64,000 bases of DNA from Eledone cirrhosa (lineage: Eukaryota), in NCBI GenBank assembly GCA_964016885.1, contig OZ024743.1:21142001-21206000 (forward strand). Direction: 5' to 3'. Positions 36,839 to 51,541 of the stretch are shown here, in pieces (within the stretch, counting starts at the first letter, position 1; every line of letters starts with the position of its first letter). Below the pieces are notes generated by a model. It made no database searches and was not told where the DNA came from. It saw only the letters and a program-made list of their open reading frames with translations. The translations under genes and the position numbers were made by a program.

Positions 36839-37154
36839 TTATATAATACAGATAATAATATTTATAAAATAAGATATGTGAAGTTTGTATGCCAGGATAA
36901 GCAGCAGGATCTAACATTATTTGCTACAGTTTGCCAGTCTAATAAAAACAAAGTAGATGCAGTGATAAATAACATATGCACCTAGTAGTAACAGTAAGCA
37001 AAGAAATAATAGCTACTCCATTTATGTCTAGCTTTACAGCAACTGCCTGCTATAAAATAAGAATTAAGATTTATAAGCAGCAGTGTACCTGCATTAGTGT
37101 TTTAATGGATAAAAGGTTTATATATAACTTCAGATGAATTCTTCCAAAAAATAA

Positions 37155-37370
37155 TGAATTTTACTTTAGGCACAAGGCCAGCAATTTGGGGAAGGTGAAA
37201 GTTGATTAATATGACCTCAGTGCATTACTGGTACTTTATTTGATTGACCCCAAAAGGATGAAAGGCAAAGCTAACCTCGGCAGGATTTGAACTCAGATTG
37301 TAATGGGCCATGACTCTATGCCATAAAGCATGTTGTTCGAAGCTCCACTGATACTGCCAATCCACCACCC
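37155..37370 (-). mobile_element. SINE family B
   Basis: Full family B consensus on the minus strand; a diverged plus-strand copy follows at ~37410-37585. Confidence 0.8.
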
Positions 37371-38039
37371 ATAACCAATTCAAAATAATAATCCTGCATT
37401 AAAATTATTTATAGCAGAATCAGTAGAGGACCAGGTAAATGCTTTTCCAGCTTTTACATTAAGATTAATTCCCTTTCATTTATCTAGGGTAGTAAACAAA
37501 GTATCAGCTAACTACTATGGTCAATATAATTAATTGTTCCCATCTTCCCAAATTGTTGGCCTTCTACTAAGGTTACAAATAATTATCTTTATTATTAGAA
37601 TGTTTCAGATTGCATTCAGTTTGAATTTAGATTAGTACTATGTACTCATACAGATATGAGTAACTTGTGAAAGTTGTGGTTGTAGTAATGTGTGATTTGA
37701 GGGAGATCTTTAGAAGATTGAGTAAATGAACAAAAGCTCCTTCATTACTCTGTTAGCCCTGAGTAGACATAATCAGACATTCCAGCTGTGATCAACCCAT
37801 CTATTTTCCAAGTATCCTATATAAACTTCATTTTTAAGGTGGTAAATTCTTAAAAATAAATATATTAAACAAAGCTATGTAGACTGGATAAGTTGGTACA
37901 TCAAACAGTTTTTTTTTCTATGAACAGAGATGGAATCTGATATCATATTATTCAATGTTCTCTATTCTAAGATGATGGGAGTATGATATGATTTGGGGGA
38001 TTTGGCTGCTATTTATAGCGAGTTGAACAACTGCATACA

Positions 38040-39180
38040 GTTTACTTTGTTGGCTTTGTGGGATAACAGGTAGTCTAACAGGAAGGGAAGACTTTGTATG
38101 TAGAAGATGCACAAGAGTAATCGATGGAGTGAACATCAAGGATATAAAACTTTTTCAATTGCAGGAAGGAACCATAGAAGTAGTTAATAGCTTCTGCTAT
38201 CTAGGGGTCCTAACAGAGGTGGATGCTCTGAGAGCATAATAGCTAGAATAAGGACAGGATGGAAGAAGTTTAGAGAACTACTACTGCCACTGTTGACAAC
38301 AAAAGTTTACTCCTTATATACAAAGGATGACTGTATGACGTCTGTGTGTGAGGTGTAATGTTGGTGGATGTTCTGAAAGTACAGAAACCAGGGTAAGAAC
38401 GGGATGGAAGAAGTTCAGTGAACTACTACGACTGTTAGCTGCAAAAAGCTTTTCCCTCAAAATGAAAGGCAGACTGTATGATGCATGCATACAAACAGCA
38501 ATGTTGCATGGTAGTGAGATCTGGGCGTTGTGTGCAGAAGACTTGCATAGATAGAAAGAAATGAAGCTTGCATACTCCGATGGATGTGTAATAGTAATAT
38601 TACACATGAACAGCAAAGCATAAACGAATTGAGAGAGAGACTAAGCATAAAAGGAATCAAATGCTGTGTGCAGGAGAGGAGATTATGTTGGTGTGGACAT
38701 GTGATGTGTATGAGGATGACAGCTGCATAAAAAGGTGCAGAGCGCTAAAAGTTGATGGAAGCCTTCGCGTGGCGAGACATAAGAAGATTTGGGATGAGTG
38801 ATAAAAGCTGAAGCTGAAGCATATAGACAAGATGCCCCCACCCCTCTCCCACTGTAAAGTGGCCATATAGGCGCCACAGCAAAAAAAGGACCCAGTCCAC
38901 ACTGTAGAGTGGTTGTGTAGGTGCCATGGTAAAAAGCATCTAGTACTCACTGTAAATGAGGTTGGTGTTAGGAAATGCATTCAGCTGTAGAAATCAAGTC
39001 AAAATCAATTTTGTGTGAGCAAAACATGGTTACCTGGCCTGGCATTGCCCACAACAGGTAACTTGTTAGCATGGAGGAATGGATATAAAATGGTGATGAT
39101 GATGTATCCTCTTCACCATTTATATATATAACCCATGCTAACGTGGAAAATGGACGTTAAACGAAGATGATGATGATGAT
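38040..39180 (+). mobile_element. Two adjacent diverged RTE fragments plus tail pieces
   Basis: The GGCSES..RxRTGWKKF motif occurs twice (~38220 and ~38365); (GAT)n tails near 39095 and 39170. Confidence 0.75.
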
Positions 39181-39300
39181 ACTGGTAGTAGTAAACATCA
39201 TTGTCTGGTTGGTAAATATGTCGTAACAGTATCTTTTTTTGTTTTGTTTAACTTAAATGATGTAACTTCTGACAAGTCAATAAGTAATTCTTTACGTACG

Positions 39301-39375
39301 CACACTGATTAACAAAAATACTCACACACTGATTAACAAAAATACTCACACACTGATTAACAAAAATACTCACAT
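39301..39375. repeat. 24-26 bp minisatellite x3
   Basis: cacactgattaacaaaaatactca repeated three times. Confidence 0.9.
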
Positions 39376-39415
39376 ACATACAGTGTAAGACACACACAAT
39401 ACATGTATATGAATC

Positions 39416-39449
<34 letters not shown>

Positions 39450-42097
39450 GGCCCCCATATAAACATGTAATATATATGAATTTATATATATATTATACAC
39501 ACACACATGCAAGCACAAACACATATGCTCAAATAGATTTATACATGCATGTTTGCACACACACAAACAAACAACTCATAAATTTGTCACCTGAGTCATA
39601 AGCTTTGAAGGAATATAAAAATATTTGTATAATGTCTTTCCCTTTTGTACATTGAAATGTATGTGTGTATGCATTTGTGTGTGAGAGAATGTGATGTGCA
39701 ATTATTTCAATGACAAAGTTTGAGCAATTAGAAAGATTACAGTAAAAACTATGTGAAAAGTAACATGAACATCATGTTATAAATACTTAGATGATGCTTA
39801 AAGATTTAAAGCCTCAAAACTGATGGCTAGACAGCCATTAGTTGCCTATTGACTGTAGAATATTCAGTTTTTATACCACAGTGGTTTCCAACAACTCAGC
39901 TATATCTTTGACAAAGGCTGAGTACTAGACTGATATCCAAAGACCAGAGTTGAACCTAGGCACAACAAGTTAATAAAACATTGATATTACAGTGTTACAT
40001 TGTTTAGAATCTGAAGTTGTAACTACCCTATGGCATCTATCTTTAGTTATATGGACTGAGCCATCTGGTAGATCTCACTGGTTATTGATCTGACTTAGCA
40101 TCATCTTTCAGCTGCTATGCAGGTAACTATGTAGCTTCTAATAAACCACTTACTATTTATTTATTTATTCAATTTAAACGTCCGTATAGAGCTAGTAAGC
40201 CATGACAAACTAGGGGAAGTATCAATTACTCCTTACAGTTGGTAATCAAAAAGAGCAGGTGTGGCAAGTAATAAAATAAAAGAATATAATTTTTCAAAAA
40301 AGGGGAAAATAAAATAAAACAAAAATAAAAATTTCAAATACTGAAAGCCAATTATGCTGATTATGCATAAGAAAAGAAAAATAAGAAAAAAGGAACAAGG
40401 TAAGTTGTAAAACAGCTGAAATAATGAGAAACCCCTATAGATAATTTAGTCTTAGATAACCAAGCACTAATTTTGATCATATGGTTGCTATCCAATCAGA
40501 GTTAACCTGAGGTTAAACAACAACAACTGGATCAATTAATACGTTAAATTAGCACTTGGAGTTTATGGAGGTATATGGATCTTTAGACACTGGTATCAGA
40601 CATTAAATAAATAAAACAGAATATGATTAGACATTTTTAGACTATTAACTCCATTTTTAGAAATGAAAGATGTTTCAATATTTAACTTTTAGTATTTACA
40701 TTAGTCTATATTTACTATTGTATTTTCATAGTAAACACTTTATCTCACATAACTACCTCATATAATATCGAATCTACGAGATTTTGATATTATTTTCAGA
40801 GCAATACCTTAACATAAGTATGAGCAGCTGGTTATGGCCAGTTTGAACAGAAACAGGTGAAAGAATTCTGACCAGATATAGCCAGTTTAAATGCTAAAGG
40901 GTTAAATCTAATGAAGATGTAAATAAGCCAACAAGAAAGACTATTTGTTGGTGTACAATATTTACACATAAATACATTTTTTATTGTCTTATTTTTAATG
41001 AAACAACTTTGTTTTTTTTTTGGTTTTTTTTTAGAGTTTTGAAAAACGTACTATTTATAATTTTACTATATACGATTAATGAGTAGACAGATACAATTAA
41101 AACTATATTTCCTATCAGTAACTGCCAGAAAGATGTGTGTGTGTGGATAGAGAGAAAAGGTGGGTGGAGAATCGACACCTATGTCGGATTAAATAGCAAC
41201 CAAATCTTCCTCAAATTATAATCTCATCCTGTTGAAAATGAGTATGGTGACATTGGATTATGTAATTCTGGATACCCGTAAAAAGACAGAATAGTATTGG
41301 CTGAAACACCTTTGATCATAGGTCTGCTCAGTCAGGGCTGACCTAGGGCTAAACAACTACAGCAATCATATGAGATCAAGCTGCTGGAAATGACAGCCAC
41401 ATTTTCTTAAAATAATACACTACTCTCTTTAAAAATGAAAGATGCATGGGATGTTAGATAATGAAGTACAAGCTACACTATGCTTGAAAATTAAAAGATG
41501 GGATCATCATAACAGGAATGTTTTTACATGTAGATCTATTTGAAGCAGAGATGATTTGGGGTTTACAGAAAAAAAAATTAGTGCAAATATATTTACATCT
41601 ACAAATATTGAGGATTCTTTCATTTCTAAAGATCTGGTTTATATTCTGAATTATTGTAATATTATTAACAACTCAATTTACAGATTTTGATATTTGATAA
41701 AACATAAACTTTTAAAAAATGTGTAAAAATATCATTTTATGAATTTTACAGGAAAATGCTGATGTAAAAATGTTTGGAGACACAAATATGTGTGACTGGA
41801 TATTACACTTGTAAATTTCATGTATAAGAAAAAAAAAATCCTTTTATCGGAACATAATTATATTCAAATACACACACAGATACAAACATACATGCATATT
41901 TTTATATGTATGTAAACATATATCTATCTGTGTGTGTTTTTATATACATATATATACTTACATATGTGTATATATATATAAATCATAATATATATATATA
42001 TATATACACACACACAGACTTATGTATATATAGATACACACAGAGACATATATATATATATATATATAAAGAAGGCTGAACTCATGTGTGAAGATGC

Positions 42098-42201
42098 TAT
42101 AAAATAGGGTGAAGACACCCTTAATAATGGAAAAAGAAGTTGCCCTCAGCAACTATGGCAGCTTCATTTTCCATCTTTAAGGGCCTTCACCCTATTTTAT
42201 A
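42098..42201. repeat. Imperfect fold-back inverted repeat between (TA)n tracts
   Basis: tataaaatagggtgaag...ccc / ggg...cttcaccctattttata, with inner atggaaaa/ttttccat. Confidence 0.75.
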
Positions 42202-42321
42202 AGCTATTTTAGAGCATCTCCATGCATGACATCAATATTCTTTATGTTAACTTTATCCCCTCAGCGCTTTATAAAATTTCGAGAGATTGGCAATATATAC
42301 ACAATGTTTGTTGATATATAC

Positions 42322-42386
<65 letters not shown>

Positions 42387-42914
42387 CATGAGTATTTCAA
42401 GCCCAATGAAGGTACTAGCTGGAAGCAGGCAAAGCAAGCTTTACAACTAATACATATATACACACACATACACATCTACATACATAAATGCATACACATA
42501 TAATATACATTATTATTATTATTATTTTCTTCCATTCTTCCCATTCCCTCTAGCCCAGCCCATCTTATCCCTTACCTCTTCCCTCCTCTCCTACCCCCCC
42601 CCTCTAATCCACTACTTGACATCTGCTCCTTAAAATAGTGCCCCCACCACCACTACCATCCCCAACCATTAGAAAACTATAAGTATCAATGACCCAACAT
42701 TCCTGATGATTTCATAGGAATGAAAATGTTTTACCCCTGTAGAAGCCATTTCTATATTAAATAATGGTGCTTCCCCTCTACTTATGTTTTAAGTACCATT
42801 TTAACTGTGGTTACCCCTGATTTCACCCAGGATCTATATATATATATATCTGCATACGTCTGCTGGACACACGAGCAAAAGGACGTGTTTTGTTTCCTGC
42901 CAGCGGCATATCAA

Positions 42915-43011
42915 ATAAATCGGGTATCATCTGAGGATACCGTTCTCATAACAACAAATGCACAATTGCATGGAGAACCATGGAAATAATTATAATGATT
43001 AAACGATTTAT
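42915..43011 (+). ncRNA. Type I hammerhead ribozyme with extended stem I
   Basis: ataaatcg..atcat CTGAGGA ..gttctc/gagaac.. GAAA taatta TA atgat..cgatttat; lies in a ~190-bp island between (TA)n tracts. Confidence 0.75.
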
Positions 43012-43033
43012 GTAACCTCAGCATCTTATTTTG

Positions 43034-43087
<54 letters not shown>

Positions 43088-43653
43088 ATGTGTGGTTGGT
43101 CACTGTTCAGTCTTACTGGTAACATATAACCCAGTTCAACCTGTGCATCGTCAGGTCGTCAGCAACTAAACCAGCAACTCCACCAAGCTTGCTTGGTGAG
43201 GAGGAGGATTTTGGACACCCTGCAGGATGAAAATCAAAACCTGTCAAAAGGCAGAAGAACTCAAGAGAGTCAACAGCATCCAATAAAGATTTGTTTTGGT
43301 TTTTTTTTGTCTGTGGAGTGAGAGACTCCTAGTCTTCATTAAGACATCTCTCTAGGAGAAGGTCACTCTGATATAAAACCTGCGACTTTGTTTGTATCTG
43401 ATGATGTAGACCAGTTCTACTTTTTGGGTAAATGCATTCGATGTTCAGAGAATGGGATTGGCCTTGTACAAAGCCTTTCCTCACATAAAAAAGCTTCAAG
43501 CACAGGCATCGCTTGATATGTGACATTATTTGCAATGCATGGCATTGCTGGCAACTCCTTAACATGACTAAAAAGCCATGTCTGTGATGCTCATGCCTAA
43601 ATATCATGCGATGGCATTACTCGAAATCAAGTTGTAGCCATCATTATCATCAT

Positions 43654-43721
<68 letters not shown>

Positions 43722-44372
43722 ATACATATATGCATGCATATATATCTATCTTTCTCATTTTATATATATAGGTCTGAACAGAGCTGATTTCTTCCAGAGC
43801 AGAAGGGAGAAAGTGATAGAGAGGAAATGAGAAATAAAGAATAGAAGATGAATCGACCCCCAGTACTCAATTGGTTCTTATTATCAACCTTGCAAAGTTG
43901 ATCTTGGTATGTTTTAAACTCAGTGTGCAGGAAGTCGGAATGAATACTGTAAAGTATTTTATCTGTCATTTATTGGCTCTGCCTATTCGCCACTTTATAT
44001 ATGGTAGATATAAAAACACACTCACACAGATGCACACAAACACACACATTCACTCATGTGCACACACACACACAGAAAATTACATCAATCTCATCCGTCT
44101 TAGAGAGCAGTGCTAAAGCCTTGTGCACAATCCCTTCTTTCAGACCAAACATAAAAATATATATGGCAATAACAAAGAATAAATATCAGGCAGAGGCATG
44201 CTTAATGAATATAAATGATAATATAAAAAATAATTGGAATATCATCGCGTGAATGATAAAATCAAATATTTTTATCCTACTGACTCATAAACAACATACA
44301 GACATACATAGATACACACATATGTGACAACAAGCATACAATTACGTAGCAATAGGTCCAATATCCTAAATA

Positions 44373-44618
44373 TCAAACAGATGATTCATATGATATCTTG
44401 GAAGATATTGTTCTAATTGAGATATCGTCAGAAAATGAAGTTGTCTTGATGCTGTCTTTGCCAGAGTCCACTGAACTGATAGAATGTGATGAAGTCTTCA
44501 AAATACCAGGACGAGTATTTGCTGGCTTTGGATAGGGACCAAACTGATTGTGGCTGACATGTCTACCTGATATTGTTTGAACCTGGCATTGATCTTCGTT
44601 TGCATGAGAATTGCTAAA
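44373..44618 (-). CDS. Probable terminal coding exon of the SLC5-family transporter (cytoplasmic tail ending ESSV*)
   Basis: Acceptor ttttttccttgatatag; 81 open codons FSNSHANED...PGILKTSS...ISYESSV then TGA; phase 0 matches the upstream exon donor. Confidence 0.65.
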   Translation of the reverse strand, partial: FSNSHANEDQCQVQTISGRHVSHNQFGPYPKPANTRPGILKTSSHSISSVDSGKDSIKTTSFSDDISIRTISSKISYESSV

Positions 44619-45289
44619 CTATATCAAGGAAAAAAATATATATTTATATTCAAAACAATGTAGATTAAAAATAACTATTAATTAGTATTGTTATATTTTA
44701 GTTCTTCAAATTAATTGTTGATTTTGTTGATGGAATAATGTATAGTATCAAAATGAAAATAAAACCAAGAGGAAATAGGGTAAAAAAAAAGAAACAAAGA
44801 AACAAACGAAAATATATTTTTGAAATAAGCAATAAAACTTAGTAGAAAATAAAATTCTATTTATATTTGCATAAATATTAGTTTAATTAATTTATATAAT
44901 AAATAAATAAAATAAATAAATAAATACGGATGTCAGTTATGTAGCATTCTTTCAAGACTATTAATATTTTGAAATTTTCAATCACCGAGAGCCATATTTA
45001 CTTTGAAAGAATTTCAATAAATATAAATATATTTAATATTTATAGCACTAAGAACATACTTGAAAATATATTTTTTACAGTGAAAGCTAAACAAATCAAA
45101 ACAAAAAATATACAAATAACTAAAAATACAATGAATAACAAAGAAAAATAAATAAAAAAAGAAGCCTATTAACAATGAAATAACCCCAATATTTAAAAAA
45201 ATTTGATTGATGCGCCTATCAAAATAATTATTATTCAATTAGCTTTTATTTTTGGCAATAGGCAAAACTACCTGTGACGTTCGGTGATT

Positions 45290-46020
45290 TCAGCCTCTGC
45301 TCAACCACTATCCTTTCATTGCCAGCTCATCTGCTCTCCATCATCTATTAAATTCTATACCTAATGTGGACAAGGACCTCCAGTTATCACTGGTAGTCTG
45401 GGTTAATGATGGCTTCAATGTACTCTACTATGCAGGTTACCAACATGACTGCAGTGACATCAAATACAACTTAATATGCACAATGTTTGCGTCTTCACTT
45501 GAGCTACAATACCCCATTTGCTTTTGGTCAGACTTACAACTAGACAGAAAAGCATGGCTCAAATTGGGGCTCAATTCATCAACCAGTATTATTCTTGATG
45601 ACGAGCATGCTTGCATTGGAATTGTCCTGTACCTTGGTCATTGACTGTGGAAACTACATAAAAAGATGCTGTAAAGTCACTGTCTCTCTTGTCACCAAAG
45701 TGTAGGGTGGTTTTTTTTTGCCATGCTACTGTCATTAGGAGAAGCCTCAGTGTGGATAGCTTCCCATAACAATGGGAGCCTGCTGGCTTTGGCCATAGCA
45801 ATGATAAACACCTTGACAAGATAACCATTTTTCCATTTGTATGGGATAGGTCACTGATCTAGGACACACAATTCTGTGATTCTTTGTCTGGTGTCAACCT
45901 CATCACTTTGCTCACAAACCTGGGTGCTTCCACCAATGCAGAACAGTAGAAGTTGACTAAATATTGACTAACAGATTTATTTTTGTGTCAGTCACCATCA
46001 AAACCACTGGTGTGCTTCAT
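45290..46020 (-). mobile_element. Heavily degraded RTE-like LINE remnant
   Basis: Patchy minus-strand similarity to RTE C-terminal motifs; many stops. Confidence 0.35.
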
Positions 46021-46439
46021 CCCTACTGCTGTGTTTTTCTTTGTCTCTCCACTATATTTTGATTTTGTGTTAGTTACTCCATCTTTTCTACAGATGGAGT
46101 AACTTGAATAAAAAGAAAACAAAGAGGAAACAGAGGGACAAAATCGTCATTTAGAAGGTCGCAGAATGTATAACAAAAGAGCTTTAACAATTAAATAACC
46201 ATCCTGTTACTAAACCAAACAATGAGTGGATTAATTACCTGACTAATAATCAAAGCTAAGTGAAACTCAATTAGTGTGTATTTTCTTATTGGCTGAATAA
46301 CCCTCCGAAACTATAACAGTATAACAGTATCTGTTTCAACACAAAATTTCCCAGCAATAATCTTGCAAAACAAATACAAAAATGGAATAGACACATACTC
46401 ACACACACTGACATATGTATATACATATCTAAAACATAT

Positions 46440-47690
46440 ATGCACAAATCAGCATATCGTTTCCAATTGCATATGCTGCTTAATGAAATTATAGGCCCTC
46501 AAGGCTTAGATGAACTTGTTAAAGTGAATGGCACTGTTCGTTACCCTTATCAAGGGACCTATATGCCTAGAGGTCTGTTATAACATGACAGTCAATGGGA
46601 TGCAACACTTGCAGAGGCGTCTATATCTCAGACCACCAAAAGTATTCAAAATTCGTTTGCAATTATATAAAAAAAATTGTGACATAGCAAATCCATCAGT
46701 GCTTTAGCTAAAGTATATGGTCGACATATCCAAGGACACAAAACACCAAACGGAATTGAGAACCCTGGCATAGAAGTAACTTTTTCAGATGAACTTTATA
46801 ACATAGCTTTGATTGAGATTGTAGACAAACTGGCAGAAACAAATGGACCTGCTCTGTATTTATTAGGCCTTCCTTGCACCTATAGAACTAATTCTTATGG
46901 CCTAAGGAGTGAAACTGAGTGAGAAACTTTGTACAACTTAGAATACCTCATATCCTATGATAACGAAAATGGGCCAAACTACTAGATGATCAAAAAACAC
47001 TATATAACATTATACTTGAATCAATTACATAACAGAATGGTGGCCTAGTTTTTATTGACGCTTGGGTGAACTGGTAAAACATTCTTCATAAACCTATTGT
47101 TGTCTAAAGTTCAACAAGACCAAAATATAGCTTTAGTAGTTGCTTCATTTAGAATTGCCACTACACTTTTACCTGGTGGTCAGACAGCTCATTCCCCTTT
47201 CAATTTGGACTTGGACATCAGTTTGAATGAAATGTCCATGTGTCATATAAAGAAGAACTCAGGAGTTGCTCAAGTATTGCAAAGATGTGTGGCAATTTGG
47301 GGGAATGAATGCACAATGCCACATAGACACACTTTGGAGGACTTGGACAGCACAACAATCATGGGAGGAATCACTGCCATTTTATCAGGGGTTTTTTGGC
47401 AAACTTTACTATTGATATCAAAGGGGACTCATGTCGATCAAGTTTGAGCTTGCCTAAAATTGTCAACTATACAGCCACTTCAAATCAATTTAAGAACTAA
47501 TATGTGGGCACAACTACATCATGACAGCATTTTTGCAGAGTTTGCTTAAAAGTTTCTGAAATTTGGTGAAGGAAAAAATACCCCTAGATAGTGAAGGATG
47601 TTTTGATCATTCATCAATGTGTAATGTTGTGGAAAGTTCTGATAGCTTAATTAAACAAGTGTTCCCCAATTTCGAAATCCACCACTCCAT
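46440..47690 (+). pseudogene. Helitron RepHel PIF1 helicase remnant
   Basis: FIDA..TGKTFFINLLLSKV...IATTLLPGGQTAHS, NECTMPHR, LSGVFWQTL and L.TNM PIF1 motifs; upstream GLL..DSQWD.TL.EA; many frameshifts. Confidence 0.85.
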
Positions 47691-47724
47691 CGAGGGTTCC
47701 TGGCAATGTCGTTTGCCTCTGCTA

Positions 47725-47772
<48 letters not shown>

Positions 47773-47806
47773 TAAACCCATGCTAGCGTGGAAGATAGAC
47801 ATTAAA

Positions 47807-47855
<49 letters not shown>

Positions 47856-48120
47856 GAAACACACAGATACATGCGGACACACACATATATACATGAATGC
47901 ATCCGCACCCAACTGTGAGTTAAGGGTGCCAACTTCACCGATGTTGCTCAATGAATGACTGGGACAGACCAATTCAGTTTGAACCAGACTGAACCAGTAT
48001 CAGAGTTAAAAATACATTATGTTTCTCGACCGTTATATCGCGTGACTATCTCCCCCTCCGCCTTTTGGGATTCTTTCTCACGTCGTGTAGACGCGTTCTT
48101 GAGACTAGTAAAATGAGGTA

Positions 48121-48209
48121 TCCTCTTGATAAGTCGGCAGACCTCGCAAGGACTCTATATCTTTGATATATTGTTTTTTGTTTATGCCACGAAACTACGT
48201 AGTCGAGGA
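48121..48209 (+). ncRNA. Type I hammerhead ribozyme, U3-A8 core variant (copy 1)
   Basis: tcctc TTGATAA gtcggca...tgccac GAAA ctacgtag TC gagga. Confidence 0.75.
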
Positions 48210-48712
48210 ATTTAGGAGCAGTTTAGGTATGATACATTTTATTACTAATTATATCTAAATGTTTCTTCTCTCTCCATAATGTATTTTTAACTCTGATACT
48301 GGTTCAGTCTGGTTCAAACTGAATTGGTCTGTCCCAGTCATTCATTGAGCAACATCGGTGAAGTTGGCACCCTTAACTCACAGTTGGGTGCGGATGCATT
48401 CATGTATATATGTGTGTGTCCGCATGTATCTGTGTGTTTCTAAATATATTAATAACTCCCTCTGGTCGAGCAATCTTTGAAGTGTGGGGACAACTGGAAA
48501 GCTTCCATTACTCATACTTCTCGCCTTCTTCACTACCTCTTCTACGGCCTCGATATGAATACCCCCTCCGCCTCCGTGGTATTTTCTTCGTGGTTATAAG
48601 AGGCTTAGCTCTGTTTCTCGACCGTTATATCGCGTGACTATCTCCCCCTCCGCCTTTTGGGATTCTTTCTCACGTCGTGTAGACGCGTTCTTGAGACTAG
48701 TAAAATGAGGTA

Positions 48713-48800
48713 TCCTCTTGATAAGTCGGCAGACCTCGCAAGGACTCTATATCTTTGATATATTGTTTTTGTTTATGCCACGAAACTACGTAGTCGAGGA
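48713..48800 (+). ncRNA. Type I hammerhead ribozyme, U3-A8 core variant (copy 2)
   Basis: Same motif; predicted cut after 48795, 591 nt from the cut in copy 1. Confidence 0.75.
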
Positions 48801-48872
48801 ATTTAGGAGCAGTTTAGGTATGATACATTTTATTACTAATTATATCTAAATGTTTCTTCTCTCTCCATAATG

Positions 48873-48991
<119 letters not shown>

Positions 48992-49007
48992 TATTTATTA
49001 AAATAAT

Positions 49008-49079
49008 AGATTAAAGTTTAAGCAAAGAATCGCTGCTTTCACCCTTAACGGGATCTTCTGAAACTAACAAAGTCAATCT
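49008..49079 (-). ncRNA. Hammerhead-like motif in the inverted PLE end (U4A variant)
   Basis: Near-exact reverse complement of 50845-50916. Confidence 0.55.
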
Positions 49080-49426
49080 GTAAACGCAGAAGTGGATATT
49101 ACAAAAAATGTTGCAACCGGAGGAAGACAGGAAGACGATACTTTGGTTCGTGGAAACGTTCCCTATGCAAATAAGTAATGGTATAAACAAAACATATACG
49201 TAGCTACCACATCAAGACGTAAAATATCCACGTATAGATCGTACTATCCGTTAGGGTATAACGTGTAATACAGGAAAGTTTTGTGCAATTTATGTTTACA
49301 AGCCGAAATTGCCTCAGATTTTTTGTTTAAGATGTGGCCTGTGGTGTAGAGTATTTCCAGGGCCTCAGCGGCGCAGAGGTCACATGGTCTTTTATTTCCG
49401 TTATACGATCTAGCCCTAGCTAGTCG

Positions 49427-50679
49427 GTGATTAATTTCGACGACTCTATTTGGATTAAACAATCCAATAGTACCCCATTCGACGTAAGTATGGGCGCCAG
49501 CGATTCTGCGGAGGTTACTGATCTTATCGGCCTTTTCCTTCTTTTCTCTATCAAGGACGAATTCCCCAACGCGGGCGGTGGTTTGTACCGTGATGATGGT
49601 CTTTTGACCATGACTAATGCGGACCTCGTGCTTGCGACAGGTTCAGAAAAGAACTCACAGCCTTCTTTAAAGGCTTCAACCTCTCTATACAGGTTGAGGT
49701 CAATCTCTCGGTCGTTAATTACCTCGACGTTACCCTCAATTTATCGAATGGGTTGTATTACCCGTATAGAAAGCCGAATGATACGCTTAATTACATAAGT
49801 AAGCTTTCCAACCATCCTGCCAGCATAACCAAGAACCTGGTAAGAAACGTTTCGTTGAGGCTTTCCCGTCTATCTACTAACGAGCATATTTTCAACGACC
49901 ATTCCACTTATTACAATGAAGCTCTTGCTCGGAGTGGATTTGTCGATAAGGTAGCATATACAGAGTACGAAAATAGACCTAGAAGAAATAGATCCCGTCG
50001 CATCTGTTGGTATAACCCACCATATAATATGGAGGTGGCCACACTATTAGCTAAGATCTTTCTCTCCCTTATTACGAAGCATTTTCCCCCTACGCATAAA
50101 TATAGTAACATTTTTAATAGAAATACTATTAAAATTTCTTATTCTACGACTCCTAACCTTGCACATAACATCACAGCTTCAAATTTAGCTAAACTACCTA
50201 GCCGTAGGAACACGTGCAACCCTGTAGTTAGTACTAACTGTAATTGTAGGAATCGGGCTGATTGCCCCCTATCCGGGAAATGCCTCTCTAGTAACATTGT
50301 CTACAAATGTAAGGTTGAAACACCCACGTCCCGTAGGGCCTACATAAGGTTAACCGCCAATATATTCAAGCAGCGTCTTTACATGCATATCCATTCTTTT
50401 CGTTACCCTCTAAGAAGGAATATGACGTCACTTTCAGCTTATATCTGGAGTCTAAAAGACAACCACACCCAATATAAGTTACACTGGGAGATCCTAGCTA
50501 GGGCTAGATCGTATAACGGAAATAAAAGACCATGTGACCTCTGCGCCGCTGAGGCCCTGGAAATACTCTACGCCACAGACCACATCTTAAACAAAAAATC
50601 TGATGCAATTTCCGCTTGTAAACATAAATTGCACAAAACTTTCCTGTATTACAGCCCCACATTATACTCTAACGGGTAG
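49427..50679 (+). pseudogene. PLE RT plus GIY-YIG endonuclease ORF, frameshifted near 49620
   Basis: ...YRDDGLLTMTNA / GPRACDRFRKEL...VNYLDVTLNL...IVYKC...AYIRLT (YIG changed to YIR)...CDLCAAE. Confidence 0.85.
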
Positions 50680-50844
50680 TACGATCTATACGTGGATATT
50701 TTACGTCTTGATGTGGTAGCTACGTATATGTTTTGTTTATACCATTACTTATTTGCATAGGGAACGTTTCCACGAACCAAAGTATCGTCTTCCTGTCTTC
50801 CTCTGGTTGCAACGTTTTTTTGTAATATCCACATCTGCGTTTAC

Positions 50845-50916
50845 AGATTGACTTTGTTAGTTTCAGAAGATCCCTTTAAGGGTGAAAGCAGCGATTCTTT
50901 GCTTAAACTTTAATCT
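50845..50916 (+). ncRNA. Hammerhead-like motif in the PLE 3' pseudo-LTR (U4A variant)
   Basis: agattga..agttt CAGAAGA tccc-tttaa-gggt GAAA gcag..ttgc TT aaact ttaatct. Confidence 0.6.
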
Positions 50917-51004
50917 ATTATTTTAATAAATATTTGCTCTACGGTTTTTATATATTTGATATATATTTATCCTTATCGAGCCCTCTTTGGATTTTAGTCT
51001 TCAA

Positions 51005-51541
<537 letters not shown>

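Noticed and set aside
39301-39375. Regular ~25-bp repeats as a possible CRISPR array
   Set aside because: There are no unique spacers and the context is eukaryotic; it is a minisatellite.
49753-50932. Selenocysteine recoding/SECIS as reported for some Naiads
   Set aside because: No in-frame TGA in the retained ORF, and no SECIS could be identified by eye.
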